The notes under the pieces are model-generated. The model made no database searches. It was given only the letters and a program-made list of their open reading frames with translations, and was not told the origin of the DNA. 64,000 nt of DNA from Spirochaetia bacterium (lineage in GTDB: Bacteria > Spirochaetota > Spirochaetia > SZUA-6 > Bin103). Of the stretch, positions 8,878 through 18,745 are shown one piece after another. How positions within the stretch are numbered: the first letter of the stretch is position 1; the number at the start of each line of letters is the position of its first letter. The stretch is taken from assembly GCA_965199955.1 (NCBI GenBank), contig CBDATQ010000001.1, forward strand, positions 1,248,001 to 1,312,000. The letters run 5' to 3'. The position numbers were made by a program, and so were the translations under genes.

Positions 8878-9570
8878 CTACAGCCGGCCAGCCGCCCAGC
8901 GGATGCCGCGGTGCAGGGTGGTCCGATAGCTCGGTTGCGAGTACGCCTGGTCGTCGTGGCCGGGGGTCAGGCAGAACACCCTGGCGTTGTCCAGGCGATG
9001 GCACCATGCCATCGCCTTCGTCCTGGTCACGTCGTTGTCGGTGGTCATGAGGACCGTCGCGTCGGCATCGGGCGTCCATGCCATGGTCGGCCACGCCTCG
9101 TTGACCACGTCCCAGGGCTCGATCCCCTGGCCGATCGGATGGTCGGGGTCGGTGACCGTGACCCGCATGGTCTGCCCGAACTCCACCGTGAACTCCGATC
9201 CCTCCCGTTGCTCGTGCGGGATACCGAGCAGCGCCGACCACTTCGGCCACGCCATGTAGGAACGGATGGCGTGGTGCAGCATCACCACGCCCTGCTTGGC
9301 CGTGCCGACCGCCTCGACCGCCGCCGCGGTGCCGTCCCCCCAGGTCGCGTCCATGTCGGCCGCCGTGTCGCCGCCGGCGTTGTAGAACAGCAGCACGTCG
9401 TAGGCGTCGGGCGTCACGCCCCACGCGCGCGAGAAGTTGCTGATGTCCTGCGGATAGGCAACGACGTCCTGGAACGAGTCGAACAGCCGCTTGAACGCGG
9501 GCACGTCGTAGGCGTGTCCGCCGATGATGACGGCGACCGAGATCTTTCCGGGATTCAACGCTTCGGGCAT
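8878..9570 (-). CDS. ThuA-domain (class I GATase-like) protein
   Basis: GGHAYD, GVVMLHHA, DPDHPI, RVFCLTPGHD, RGIRWAAG; GGAGG RBS. Confidence 0.8.
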   Translation of the reverse strand: MPEALNPGKISVAVIIGGHAYDVPAFKRLFDSFQDVVAYPQDISNFSRAWGVTPDAYDVLLFYNAGGDTAADMDATWGDGTAAAVEAVGTAKQGVVMLHHAIRSYMAWPKWSALLGIPHEQREGSEFTVEFGQTMRVTVTDPDHPIGQGIEPWDVVNEAWPTMAWTPDADATVLMTTDNDVTRTKAMAWCHRLDNARVFCLTPGHDDQAYSQPSYRTTLHRGIRWAAGRL

Positions 9571-9585
9571 GTGGACCTCCGTGCG

Positions 9586-10785
9586 TCAGTGCCGGCCGCC
9601 CGCGTGCAGGCCGTGCTGGTAGTCGGCATGGCGGATGTGGGAGTCGATGAACGCGCGTGCCTGCTGCGGATCGAACCGGTCCGGCGCGAAGGCGCTGATG
9701 TCGATGCCGGTGCGGCCGTCCACGGCCCACTCGGCTGCCAGCAGGCCGGCCACCGGGTTGTAGGCGAAGCCGCCGGAGTGGAAGCAGCCGGCGCAGATCA
9801 GACCGCGCACGCCCGGCACCGGGCCCAGGATCGGTTCGCCGTCCGCGGAGTAGGCCAGGAGTCCGACCTTCTCGATCTCCCACGACAGCGGCGCCACGCC
9901 GGGCACCACGTGCTGCAGGCGGCGCAGCTCCCGCTCCCGGATCTCCGGGTCCACGGAGAAGCTCGACAGATGCGTCTCCCGCTCCGGAGGGGGCACCTCC
10001 TCGCGGTCCGGCGTCTCGATGCCGATCAACACCCGATTGCCGAACGCGGGGCGGTAGTAGCCGTGCCGCGGATGGTCGTTGACCGCCGGCAGGACCACCG
10101 GCTTGGGCACCGGCGTGGAGACGTAGCGCTGGTGCACGAACACCTTCGACGGCATGCGCCAGCCGAACTGCTCCAGCAGCCGGATCGACCAGACGTGCGA
10201 GGCGCAGACGACGACGTCCGCCTCGATGGTCTCGGCCTCGATGCGGACCCCGATCACGCGGTCGCCCTGCATCGGGAACTCCAGCACCGGCGCGAACTCC
10301 CTGATATCCACGCCCAGCTTGCGCAGGTGGGCGCCCATGGCGGCCACGTACTCGTCCGGCTCGCTGTAGCCGGCGATCGGATCGTACAGCGCCCAGGCGT
10401 CGTCCGGGACCGCCATCAGCGGCCAGCGGCGGCGCATCTCGCCCGCGTCCAGGATCTCGTAGGGGGCCTCCAGCCGGTCGTAGAGCGGCAGCATCTCCAC
10501 CCGGCCCGCGCCCTGGTCTTCGGCCAGGTTGAGGGTGCCGACGTCGTGGAAGGTGTAGCCGTCCACCTCGCGGCTGAACCGGTGGAACAGCTCCAGGCTG
10601 ACCTTGCGGGTGCGGACGGCCGTCTCCGTGCCCATCAGCCCGGTGATGATGCCGCCGGCCCGCGAGCTGGAGCCGTCGCCGATCGGCCCCTTTTCCACCA
10701 GGACCACCTGGCCGGCGTTGCGGTCGGCCAGGTGGAAGGCCGTGCTCAGCCCGATCACGCCGCCGCCCACTACCACGATGCGCAT
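9586..10785 (-). CDS. FAD-dependent oxidoreductase (DAO/sarcosine oxidase beta-like)
   Basis: MRIVVVGGGVIGLSTAFHLA, GSSSRAGG, D.EPILGP, GF...PVAG, FAPDRF. Confidence 0.9.
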   Translation of the reverse strand: MRIVVVGGGVIGLSTAFHLADRNAGQVVLVEKGPIGDGSSSRAGGIITGLMGTETAVRTRKVSLELFHRFSREVDGYTFHDVGTLNLAEDQGAGRVEMLPLYDRLEAPYEILDAGEMRRRWPLMAVPDDAWALYDPIAGYSEPDEYVAAMGAHLRKLGVDIREFAPVLEFPMQGDRVIGVRIEAETIEADVVVCASHVWSIRLLEQFGWRMPSKVFVHQRYVSTPVPKPVVLPAVNDHPRHGYYRPAFGNRVLIGIETPDREEVPPPERETHLSSFSVDPEIRERELRRLQHVVPGVAPLSWEIEKVGLLAYSADGEPILGPVPGVRGLICAGCFHSGGFAYNPVAGLLAAEWAVDGRTGIDISAFAPDRFDPQQARAFIDSHIRHADYQHGLHAGGRH

Positions 10786-10868
10786 GACGCCGCAGTGTCG
10801 AGGCATGCCTCCAGTGGGTCAACCCCGCCTTGCCGCGGTATGGACCGGCCGGTAGTCTCGCGCTTCTA

Positions 10869-11579
10869 ATGGACAAAGCACTCATCGAAAGCCTCGGGGA
10901 TTCGGAGACCGCCCTGGTATGCAATGCCCTCTCTGCGCTTGGTCACTCGGAGCCGCACACGTACGCGATGGACGGGCGCATCCAGTGCATGACGCCGGAC
11001 TTGCCGCCGCTGGTGGGGGAGGCGATCACGATCAAGATCGACACCTGCACCCCGGAAGGAGGGCCGCAGACGGAGCCGTACTTCGCGATGATGGAGGCGA
11101 TCGAGGGGAGCGAGCTGCCGCGCGTGATCGTGGTGGAGACGGTCGGCCCCGATCCGTACCGGGAGTGCGTGATGGGTGACGGCATGGCCAAGGGCTTCAT
11201 GGCCGCGGGCGCCATCGGCATGGTGACCTCGGGCGGCGTCCGCGACCTGCCCGGCATCATCGATCAGGGATTCGGCATGTTCGCGATCGCCCGCGTGATC
11301 CAGCACGCGGCGCTTCGCTGGTCGGACTACGGCGAGCCGGTGCAGGTCGGCGGCATCACGGTGCGGACCGGCGATCTCGTCCACGGCGATGAGGGCGGCT
11401 GCATCGTCATCCCGGGGCCCAACCACGCCGCCATCGTCGAGGCGTGCCGGCTGGTCAACGACTTCGAGAAGCAGGCGCACGTGATGATCCGCCGCACCGA
11501 CCTGGACGGCACGCAGAAGCGCGCCGGCATGGACGAGCTCAGCGGCCGGTTCGAGCGCGCGTTCGGTGCCCTGCGGTAG
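10869..11579 (+). CDS. RraA/HMG-aldolase family protein
   Basis: LVGEAIT, MGDGM, VTSGGVRDL, PVQVGGITVRTGDLVHGDEGG. Confidence 0.85.
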   Translation: MDKALIESLGDSETALVCNALSALGHSEPHTYAMDGRIQCMTPDLPPLVGEAITIKIDTCTPEGGPQTEPYFAMMEAIEGSELPRVIVVETVGPDPYRECVMGDGMAKGFMAAGAIGMVTSGGVRDLPGIIDQGFGMFAIARVIQHAALRWSDYGEPVQVGGITVRTGDLVHGDEGGCIVIPGPNHAAIVEACRLVNDFEKQAHVMIRRTDLDGTQKRAGMDELSGRFERAFGALR

Positions 11580-11708
11580 CGCGGCATGGGTGACGCCAAG
11601 CGCACCTTGCGGTAGGCTCAGTCGATGGCGCCGCCACCGCCGCGGCGCTCTCCGAAGACCTTCACGTACCGCGGCCCGACGCAGGCGCCGCCGGTGCCGA
11701 CAAGAGAG

Positions 11709-14249
11709 ATGACAATGGGTACTGACGGAACATCAGTTCTGGTTCGCACGGCCGCGCCCGCGGGCGAGGCGTCGGAACACAGCGTGAAACTCCCTGCCTA
11801 CGACCGGCAGCGGCTGGAGGACGTCGGCTTCCTGACCGCCATGACGCTGACCCTGCTCGGCAACTACGCGCAGACCGGCCACTTCGGCGGCCCGCTGGCC
11901 TACACGCCGTACAACATCGCCCTGCACCTGGTGGGGCCCGAGAACGGCGGCCTGCGCTATGACTACCGCCGGCCCAAGCACCCGTTCGGGGACAAGCTGC
12001 TGTTGGCCGGCGGGCACAACATCCCGACCCTGTACGCTCTGTGGATGGTCATGGGCGAGGCGATGGCCCGCCGCTATAGCGCGACCGGTCATCACCGCTA
12101 CGCGGTCGATCCCGAGATCGCCATGCTGCCGATCGATTGCCTGGGCTTCCGTCGCGGCGCCGGCGCGCTGGCAACGCTGCTCGAGGACAACGGCCTGGCC
12201 GACGATCCGCTTTTCGCACAGGCGAAGCTGCGCGGCATCCGGTCGCTGGCCGGCCACTCGGAGACCACCGACCTGATCAACGACGTCAACGGCGGCCCGT
12301 CCGGCATCGGCATCGCCACCGCCCCCGGGAAAGCCGCCTTCTGGGACTTCATGGGCGCCGGCGACTCGCCCAAGATCGTCGCCCTGGAAGGCGAGTTCGC
12401 CATGACCTCCGGCCACTCGCAGGAGATGAAGACGCAGGCTGTGGCCCAGAAGGTGGGCAAGCGGCTGCGCATCCTGCTGTCGTACAACAACGCCGGCATC
12501 GACGACTCGCTCGTCGGCGGCGTCGTGTCGGAGTCGTTCGACGGGTACCGGATCGCCGAACAGTGGTCGGCCTACGGCTGGAATGTCCTGACGCTGGACG
12601 ACGGCAACGACTACGACCAGGTCGTCGGGGCGCTCAAGACCATGGAGGAATGGGACCCGGAAGACCGGCGGCCGATGATCGTGGTCGGCCGCACCACCAA
12701 GGGTTGGTGGCCGGCCGCCACCAACGGCACCATCGCCGGATTCGGCGAGCAGTTGGTCGGTTATCACAGCCACCCGTACGAGATGAAGATGAACGTCCCG
12801 TACTTCGTTGCCCTGGCCGGCACCTTCGAGCAGCGCTTCGGCGTCACCTTCGAGGGAATCCACGACGGCCCGGTCGACGACGAGGCGGACCGCATCCGCC
12901 AGTTCAAGACCAACATCGACGTGGTCATGTCGGTGCTGGAGCAGGACGGGCTCGGCGAGTGGCTTGCCGACCGGCTGGTGGCCATCGGCGACGACGTGGG
13001 CGACGACGCCGCGTTGCGGGTCGACAATCGCACGGATCCGTTCCAGGACGAGCGCCTGCGCGTCTCGGCCATCCCGGTGGAGCCTCAGACGGTGAGCGCC
13101 GGCACCGGCGAGGAGAGCATCGAGCTGTTCAAGCAGCCGGGCGAGGTGCAGGGCACGCGCCGCGCGATCTCGGAGGTGGTGAAGTGGCTGAACCACGTCA
13201 CCGGCAACCGGTTTCTGACCGTGTCGGCCGACCTGTCGGGCTCGATCAACGTGGAGAAGGGGTCGCTCACCGGCCATTACGATCCGCTCGCCAACCAGGG
13301 AGGCACGCGGCTCAAGGCGGCCATCCAGGAGGCCGGCAACGCCTCCGCCGCCATCGGGCTGGTGGGCCAGAGCGCCTCGCTCGACCCGAACGTGCACTCC
13401 GGCGTGTGGGCGCTGAGCGGCAGTTACGGCGCGTTCACGCCGTTCATGTACCTGCCCGCGCGCGTGTGGAGCCAGCAGAACCAGGATAGCCCGTTCCGGG
13501 TCGGCGTCCTGCACATCCTGGCCGGGCACTCCGGCCCGGAGACGGCGGCGGACGCGCGCACGCACTTCGGCATCTTTGCGCCGCAGGTGTGGAAGCTGTT
13601 CCCGCGCGGCCAGGTCATCACGCTCAGCTTCTGGGACTACAACGACGTGGCGCCCGGCTACTTCGCCGCCGCCGAGATCGCCGCCCGCGACCCGCTGGTC
13701 GGCGTGATCGTGATCGAGGTGGCGCGCCCGGATTTCCCGGTGGCCGACCGCGCGACGTTTGCCGACACCGACCTCAAGGCGGCCGCCAAGGGGTTCTACG
13801 TGATCCGCGACTTCGATCCCGGCAAGCCCCGGCACGGCTACGTGCTGGCGCAGGGGTCGAGTTCGACCTTCAACCTGCTGCAGGCGCTGCCGCGCCTGGA
13901 AGAGCAGGGGATCAACGTCAAGGTGGTCGCGGCCATCAGCGAGGAGCTCTTCGACCGCCAGCCGCAGGCGTACCGCGACGCGGTGCTGCCGGCCGCTGCC
14001 AAGAACGACCTGATGGTGGTCACCACCGGCACGCAGCGCATGTGGCCGGTGCGCGACGTGGGGACGCTCACGTCGGAGTACTCCCTGGTCTCCGACTGGC
14101 ACGACCGCTGGCTGACCGGCGGCAAGGAGTCCGACGTGATCGCCGAGGCGCACCTGGACGAGCAGTCGATCGCGGCCGGCATCACCCGGTTCGCGGCCGA
14201 CCGCGACCAGCGGCTCGCCCGCCAACGGGAGGCGCTGGCAGCGCTGTAG
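11709..14249 (+). CDS. large divergent transketolase-like ThDP enzyme
   Basis: QTGHFGG, LLAGGH, LAGHSE, SADLSGS, IQEA, HSG....D.RTH; the ThDP motif is atypical (see findings). Confidence 0.75.
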   Translation: MTMGTDGTSVLVRTAAPAGEASEHSVKLPAYDRQRLEDVGFLTAMTLTLLGNYAQTGHFGGPLAYTPYNIALHLVGPENGGLRYDYRRPKHPFGDKLLLAGGHNIPTLYALWMVMGEAMARRYSATGHHRYAVDPEIAMLPIDCLGFRRGAGALATLLEDNGLADDPLFAQAKLRGIRSLAGHSETTDLINDVNGGPSGIGIATAPGKAAFWDFMGAGDSPKIVALEGEFAMTSGHSQEMKTQAVAQKVGKRLRILLSYNNAGIDDSLVGGVVSESFDGYRIAEQWSAYGWNVLTLDDGNDYDQVVGALKTMEEWDPEDRRPMIVVGRTTKGWWPAATNGTIAGFGEQLVGYHSHPYEMKMNVPYFVALAGTFEQRFGVTFEGIHDGPVDDEADRIRQFKTNIDVVMSVLEQDGLGEWLADRLVAIGDDVGDDAALRVDNRTDPFQDERLRVSAIPVEPQTVSAGTGEESIELFKQPGEVQGTRRAISEVVKWLNHVTGNRFLTVSADLSGSINVEKGSLTGHYDPLANQGGTRLKAAIQEAGNASAAIGLVGQSASLDPNVHSGVWALSGSYGAFTPFMYLPARVWSQQNQDSPFRVGVLHILAGHSGPETAADARTHFGIFAPQVWKLFPRGQVITLSFWDYNDVAPGYFAAAEIAARDPLVGVIVIEVARPDFPVADRATFADTDLKAAAKGFYVIRDFDPGKPRHGYVLAQGSSSTFNLLQALPRLEEQGINVKVVAAISEELFDRQPQAYRDAVLPAAAKNDLMVVTTGTQRMWPVRDVGTLTSEYSLVSDWHDRWLTGGKESDVIAEAHLDEQSIAAGITRFAADRDQRLARQREALAAL

Positions 14250-14267
14250 GGCGCGCGAGCGTTCGCC

Positions 14268-15461
14268 CTACGCAGCCTCTGCGGCCATTGCGGCGATCAG
14301 GCGGTCGACCTGCGCGGGGGAGACGAAGTAGTGGGTGGAGATGCGCAGCGCGTCGTGCCCGTCCCGGACGTGGTCGTCGACCCGCAGGTTGTAGCCCTGC
14401 TGCAGTCGGGCGCGCCATCCGGCGGCGTCGCCGCCGGGCGGCACGACCAGCGTCGTCCCCGGAGCCACGAACTCCCGCTTGGGTGAGTTGACGATATCCA
14501 TGCCGGGAATCTCGGCGAGCCCGGCGCGGAGCCGCTCGGCCAGCAGGTGGTTGCGCGCCTCGACCGCCCCCATGCCGATCTGGCGCAGCCACGCGACCGC
14601 CACGCCGATGCCGGCGCGCGTCGGCAGGTCGAACGTGCCTTCCTCCTCGTACCTCGAGGCGGTGGGGCCGGGCGGCGTGGTGATCGTGCCGAAGCGCTCC
14701 TGGAACTCCTGCCGAACGTAGAGCACGCCGGTCCCCGACGGCGCCAGCAGCCACTTGTGCAGGCTGGCGGCATACAGGTCGCAGTCGTACGCGGTCACGT
14801 CGACCGGGACTCGGCCGATCGCCTGGGCGCCGTCGACGGCGATGATCAGGCCGTGCTCGCGCCCCAGGCGGCACATCGCCTCGATCGGGTAGCGGATACC
14901 GCCGCGGGTGACGTGGCAGAAGGCCAGAACGCGGGTGCGGCCGGTGATCGCGGCGCGCAGCGGCTCGATCAACTGCGCCGCGTCCTCGACGGGACTCGGC
15001 AGTTCCACCTCCCGGACCACCAGCCCGTCGCGGGCGGCTCGGGCGCGCCAGGGCTCCACGCCGACCGGGTGCTCGTGGCTGGTGGTGAGGATCTCGTCCC
15101 CGGCGCGCAGGCCGGTGGCGCCGTCGGCGACCAGCGCCAGCCCCACCGAGGCGTTGCGGTTGATGGCGAGCTCCTCGGGCCGCGCGCCCATCAACGCCGC
15201 CAGCTCCGGGATGGCGACCTCGTCGTTGTAGCGCCGGTAGTCGATCTTGCCGGCGTCGGGGTCCTGCGAGAGGCGCAGGTAGCCTTCGTGCACGGCGGCG
15301 ATCACGGGGTCGGGCGGCACGCCGAGCGCGGCGCTGTTCAGGTAGACCATGTCCGGATCCAACGGAAAGCGGGCACGGACCCGCTCCCAGTAGGACTCGT
15401 CGCCAGCGGCTCCCGATCCCCAGGAGACGTTCGTCGCGCGCTCGATCGCTGTATGGCTCAT
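14268..15461 (-). CDS. class V PLP aminotransferase (cysteine desulfurase/isopenicillin N epimerase-like)
   Basis: YLNSAALG, HEHP, VDGAQAIG, SLHKWLLAPSGTG, LRISTH. Confidence 0.9.
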   Translation of the reverse strand: MSHTAIERATNVSWGSGAAGDESYWERVRARFPLDPDMVYLNSAALGVPPDPVIAAVHEGYLRLSQDPDAGKIDYRRYNDEVAIPELAALMGARPEELAINRNASVGLALVADGATGLRAGDEILTTSHEHPVGVEPWRARAARDGLVVREVELPSPVEDAAQLIEPLRAAITGRTRVLAFCHVTRGGIRYPIEAMCRLGREHGLIIAVDGAQAIGRVPVDVTAYDCDLYAASLHKWLLAPSGTGVLYVRQEFQERFGTITTPPGPTASRYEEEGTFDLPTRAGIGVAVAWLRQIGMGAVEARNHLLAERLRAGLAEIPGMDIVNSPKREFVAPGTTLVVPPGGDAAGWRARLQQGYNLRVDDHVRDGHDALRISTHYFVSPAQVDRLIAAMAAEAA

Positions 15462-15635
15462 CGGCGGGGACTATGGGACCCCCGGGTGTAGTGCGCAAGC
15501 CTTGCTACCCGAGGGACCCGTATTCGAGTTTGGGATGGGGCGGAGCCGAGTCCGCAGGACTCGGTTCTGCCAGCGCCATGAGTGCCCATGCCAGGCTTGA
15601 CAACCGCTCGAGATCGCGCGACATACCCCGAATCG

Positions 15636-16835
15636 ATGACGGTGCTGGGACGCCCCCTGGAGTTGCCTTGTGGCGTGGTGTTGAAGAACCGTCTGGTAAA
15701 GTCCGCGATGTCCGACTCGCTTGGAGATGGCGAGGGTAACCCCACTGACGCGCAGATGCGGCTCTACGAACGGTGGGCCGAAGGTGGGACGGCGCTATCG
15801 CTGATCGGCGAGGTGCAGGCGGATCCCCGTTATCCCGAGAAACCCGGCAATCTTGTTCTTGCGCCGGATGCCGATGTGCAGGCCATGCAAGTCCTGGCAC
15901 GACGAGGGTCGGCAAACGGTGCCGAAATCTGGCCGCAGATCGGCCATGCCGGGGCTCTGTCACATGTCCCGATCAGTCGGCCCAAGGGGCCCTCTCCACT
16001 GGATATTGAAGGACTCCGGTGCGAAGGGATGTCAGGCGATAACATTCGTGAATTGCCCGGCATATACGCAAGAGCTGCGATACTCGCGAAGAATGCAGGA
16101 TTCGGGGGCGTCCAGATCCATGCGGCGCACGGGTTTCTGTTGAGCCAATTCCTGTCACCTCTGTTCAATCGCAGGACGGATGCCTATGGCGGATCGATCG
16201 AAGGACGGTTCCGCATCATCGACGGCGTGATAGATGCCGTCAGGCGGACCGTCGGCGTGTCGTTTCCGGTCGGCATCAAGATCAACTCGACGGACAGATT
16301 GGTGGGAGGCCTTACGGAAGACGATGCCCTGCAAGTGGTTCACATGCTCGACCGGACTTCTGTCGACCTTATTGACGTCAGCGGAGGAACGTACTTTCCA
16401 GGCGCAGCATCGAGTTCCGACGGCAGGCCATCGGCGGGGCCCTATTTCACTGACTTTGCAGAGCGCGCGAAAGAGGCGACGGCCATTCCAATCATGGCGA
16501 CAGGAGGATTCGAGACAAGGGATCAGGCGAGAGACGCGGTCGAGAAGGGATGCGTCGACGCGGTGAGCCTTGCCCGCGCGATGGCGCTCAATCCAGCGCT
16601 CGCCAATACGTGGTTGAGCGACGACGGGGGAGATCCTGAATTCCCGGTGTTTGATCCGCCTCCCCAAGGTGGAGTTACCGCGTGGTACACGATGCGGCTC
16701 ACGGCGCTTGGAGAAGACGATGAGGGACACTTCGGTCTGAGCCCTGCCTCGGCCTTGGAAGCCTATGAAGCGCGAGATGCACAACGCTGCGAGATCTGGC
16801 GACGGCGGTTCCCGCAATCGCTGAACATCGGCTGA
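15636..16835 (+). CDS. NADH:flavin oxidoreductase (Old Yellow Enzyme family)
   Basis: LKNRLVKSAMSD, QIGHAG, AGFGGVQIHAAHGFLLSQFLSP..NRRTDAYGGS; codon usage less GC-skewed than flanks. Confidence 0.92.
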   Translation: MTVLGRPLELPCGVVLKNRLVKSAMSDSLGDGEGNPTDAQMRLYERWAEGGTALSLIGEVQADPRYPEKPGNLVLAPDADVQAMQVLARRGSANGAEIWPQIGHAGALSHVPISRPKGPSPLDIEGLRCEGMSGDNIRELPGIYARAAILAKNAGFGGVQIHAAHGFLLSQFLSPLFNRRTDAYGGSIEGRFRIIDGVIDAVRRTVGVSFPVGIKINSTDRLVGGLTEDDALQVVHMLDRTSVDLIDVSGGTYFPGAASSSDGRPSAGPYFTDFAERAKEATAIPIMATGGFETRDQARDAVEKGCVDAVSLARAMALNPALANTWLSDDGGDPEFPVFDPPPQGGVTAWYTMRLTALGEDDEGHFGLSPASALEAYEARDAQRCEIWRRRFPQSLNIG

Positions 16836-16860
16836 CATACCTTGGCTACCGTGCAGGATC

Positions 16861-17625
16861 TCATCGGGCGCGGAGCACACAGAACTCGTAGCCGTAGAAG
16901 TCCGAGTAGGCATGCCAGGTGTCCAGTTCCCTCTGGCACTGCTCCGCCAACTCCTGTGCGTCCGGCTCGTCGTGGTGACGCGTCCGGAATAAGGTCACGT
17001 TGCCTTGCAGTGGCCGATAGTAGTCGTCCCACCATGCGGACGCGGGAAGGGGAAAGTGCCCGACGGTCTCGTAGCCGCACGCCTCGGTGGCTTCCAGGAG
17101 CGCGGAGGTGTCGCGTATGGCCGGGTACTCACGGTTCCAGAACGCTGCGCACGCCGCGGGCGGGTCGGGCTTCCGCCAGCATACCTCTGTCAGCGCGACG
17201 TGCCCATTGCGTCGCAGCAGCCGGCGCCAATCGCGGAGGGCCGCTTCGACACCCATGTTGTAGATCGCGCCTTCACACCAGATCAGGTCGAAGGAACCGT
17301 CGGCGAAGACGAGTCGGCGCATGTCCGCGACGCGGGCTTCCAGCCGATCCGCGATGCCCAGTTCATGCGCCTTGCGGCTCAGCTCGTCGATGAACGGGGG
17401 ATGGTTATCGACGGCGACGATGCGCGCCGGCGAGCTTTGCACCAGAACCAATGTCTGGGCGCCGGTTCCGCAACCGACGTCGAGGACGCGGGTCCGTGGC
17501 CCCACGTCCGGCACGAGCCCGAGGGCCCGGCGCGTGCTGGGTTCTGTCCCCGGTCCCTGCCGGGGAAGCCCACTGAACAGCTCGTAGAACAGCGCGGTGG
17601 CTCGATCGGGCGGTGTGGTACGCAT
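16861..17625 (-). CDS. class I SAM-dependent methyltransferase
   Basis: LPRQGPG, VLDVGCGTGAQT, FDLIWCEGAIY, YGYEF. Confidence 0.9.
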   Translation of the reverse strand: MRTTPPDRATALFYELFSGLPRQGPGTEPSTRRALGLVPDVGPRTRVLDVGCGTGAQTLVLVQSSPARIVAVDNHPPFIDELSRKAHELGIADRLEARVADMRRLVFADGSFDLIWCEGAIYNMGVEAALRDWRRLLRRNGHVALTEVCWRKPDPPAACAAFWNREYPAIRDTSALLEATEACGYETVGHFPLPASAWWDDYYRPLQGNVTLFRTRHHDEPDAQELAEQCQRELDTWHAYSDFYGYEFCVLRAR

Positions 17626-17714
17626 GCAGCACGCCTCCGGACGAACAGTAATGGAGAGGCAGGAGATGGGGGCGAAGGCTTCCCGCCGGCCTGCCGTAGG
17701 CGTACGTTGTAGGC

Positions 17715-18686
17715 GTGTCCGACGCACGGCTTCCTTCGCTTGACGAGATCAAGAGCGCGGCCCAGATCGTCTATCGCGCCATGCCGCCGACGCCTCAGTA
17801 CCGCTGGCCGCTGCTGTGCGAGCGGACCGGCTGCTCGGTGTGGGTGAAGCACGAGAATCACACCCCCATCGGCTCGTTCAAGCTGCGCGGCGCGCTGGTA
17901 GCGGTCGACCGGCTGCGGAGCGCCAAACCACGGGTCAACGAGGTGGTGGCGGCCACGCGTGGCAACTACGGCCAGAGCGTCGCCTTCGCCGCGCGCCGGG
18001 CCGGACTCGCCGCCACCGTGGTGATGCCGGCCGGCAACAGCCGTGAGAAGAACGCCGCGATGCGAGCGTTCGGCGCCCGCCTCGTCGAGCACGGCAAGGA
18101 CTTCGATGAAGCGTATGCTCATGCCGCCGTGCTGGCCGCCGGTGACCGCAGGCACCTGATGCCGTCCTTCAGCCCGGAACTGGTCAGGGGCGTGGCCAGT
18201 TCCGGCCTGGAACTGTTCCGGGAGGTTGAGGACCTGGACGCCGTCTACGTGCCGATCGGCCTGGGCTCCGGCATCTGCGGGGTGATGGCCGCTCGCAACG
18301 CGCTGTCACCGACGACGGCGGTGATCGGAGTGGTCTCGGCCGCCCTGCCTGCCTATCAGCGTTCGTTCGCCGCGGGCGAGTCGCGCCCCACCGGTCCCGC
18401 GCCGACCATCGCCGACGGCATGGCGGTGCGTGTCCCTGACGAGGAGGCGCTCGCCTTGATCCTGGCCGGCGTGGACCGGGTCGTCGCCGTCTCCGAAGCC
18501 GAGCTGCGATCGGCGATGCGCGCCTGCTACACCGACACGCACAACGTCGCCGAGGGGGCGGGAGCGGCGCCGCTGGCGGCGCTGCTCCAGGAACGGTCGC
18601 GGATGCGCGGCAGCCGCGTCGCGCTGGCGCTCTCGGGCGGCAACATCGACCGGGAGCTCTTCGCGGAGGTCCTGGCCGGCTCGTAG
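17715..18686 (+). CDS. PLP-dependent threonine dehydratase/serine racemase family
   Basis: KHENHTPIGSFKLRG, ATRGNYGQ, VPIGLGSG, EGAGAA, LSGGNID. Confidence 0.9.
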   Translation: MSDARLPSLDEIKSAAQIVYRAMPPTPQYRWPLLCERTGCSVWVKHENHTPIGSFKLRGALVAVDRLRSAKPRVNEVVAATRGNYGQSVAFAARRAGLAATVVMPAGNSREKNAAMRAFGARLVEHGKDFDEAYAHAAVLAAGDRRHLMPSFSPELVRGVASSGLELFREVEDLDAVYVPIGLGSGICGVMAARNALSPTTAVIGVVSAALPAYQRSFAAGESRPTGPAPTIADGMAVRVPDEEALALILAGVDRVVAVSEAELRSAMRACYTDTHNVAEGAGAAPLAALLQERSRMRGSRVALALSGGNIDRELFAEVLAGS

Positions 18687-18745
18687 CGGCTGCCACGAAC
18701 GCCTGTCGCTTCTACGAGTGATGGGAATGTGGTTGGATCAGGTTC

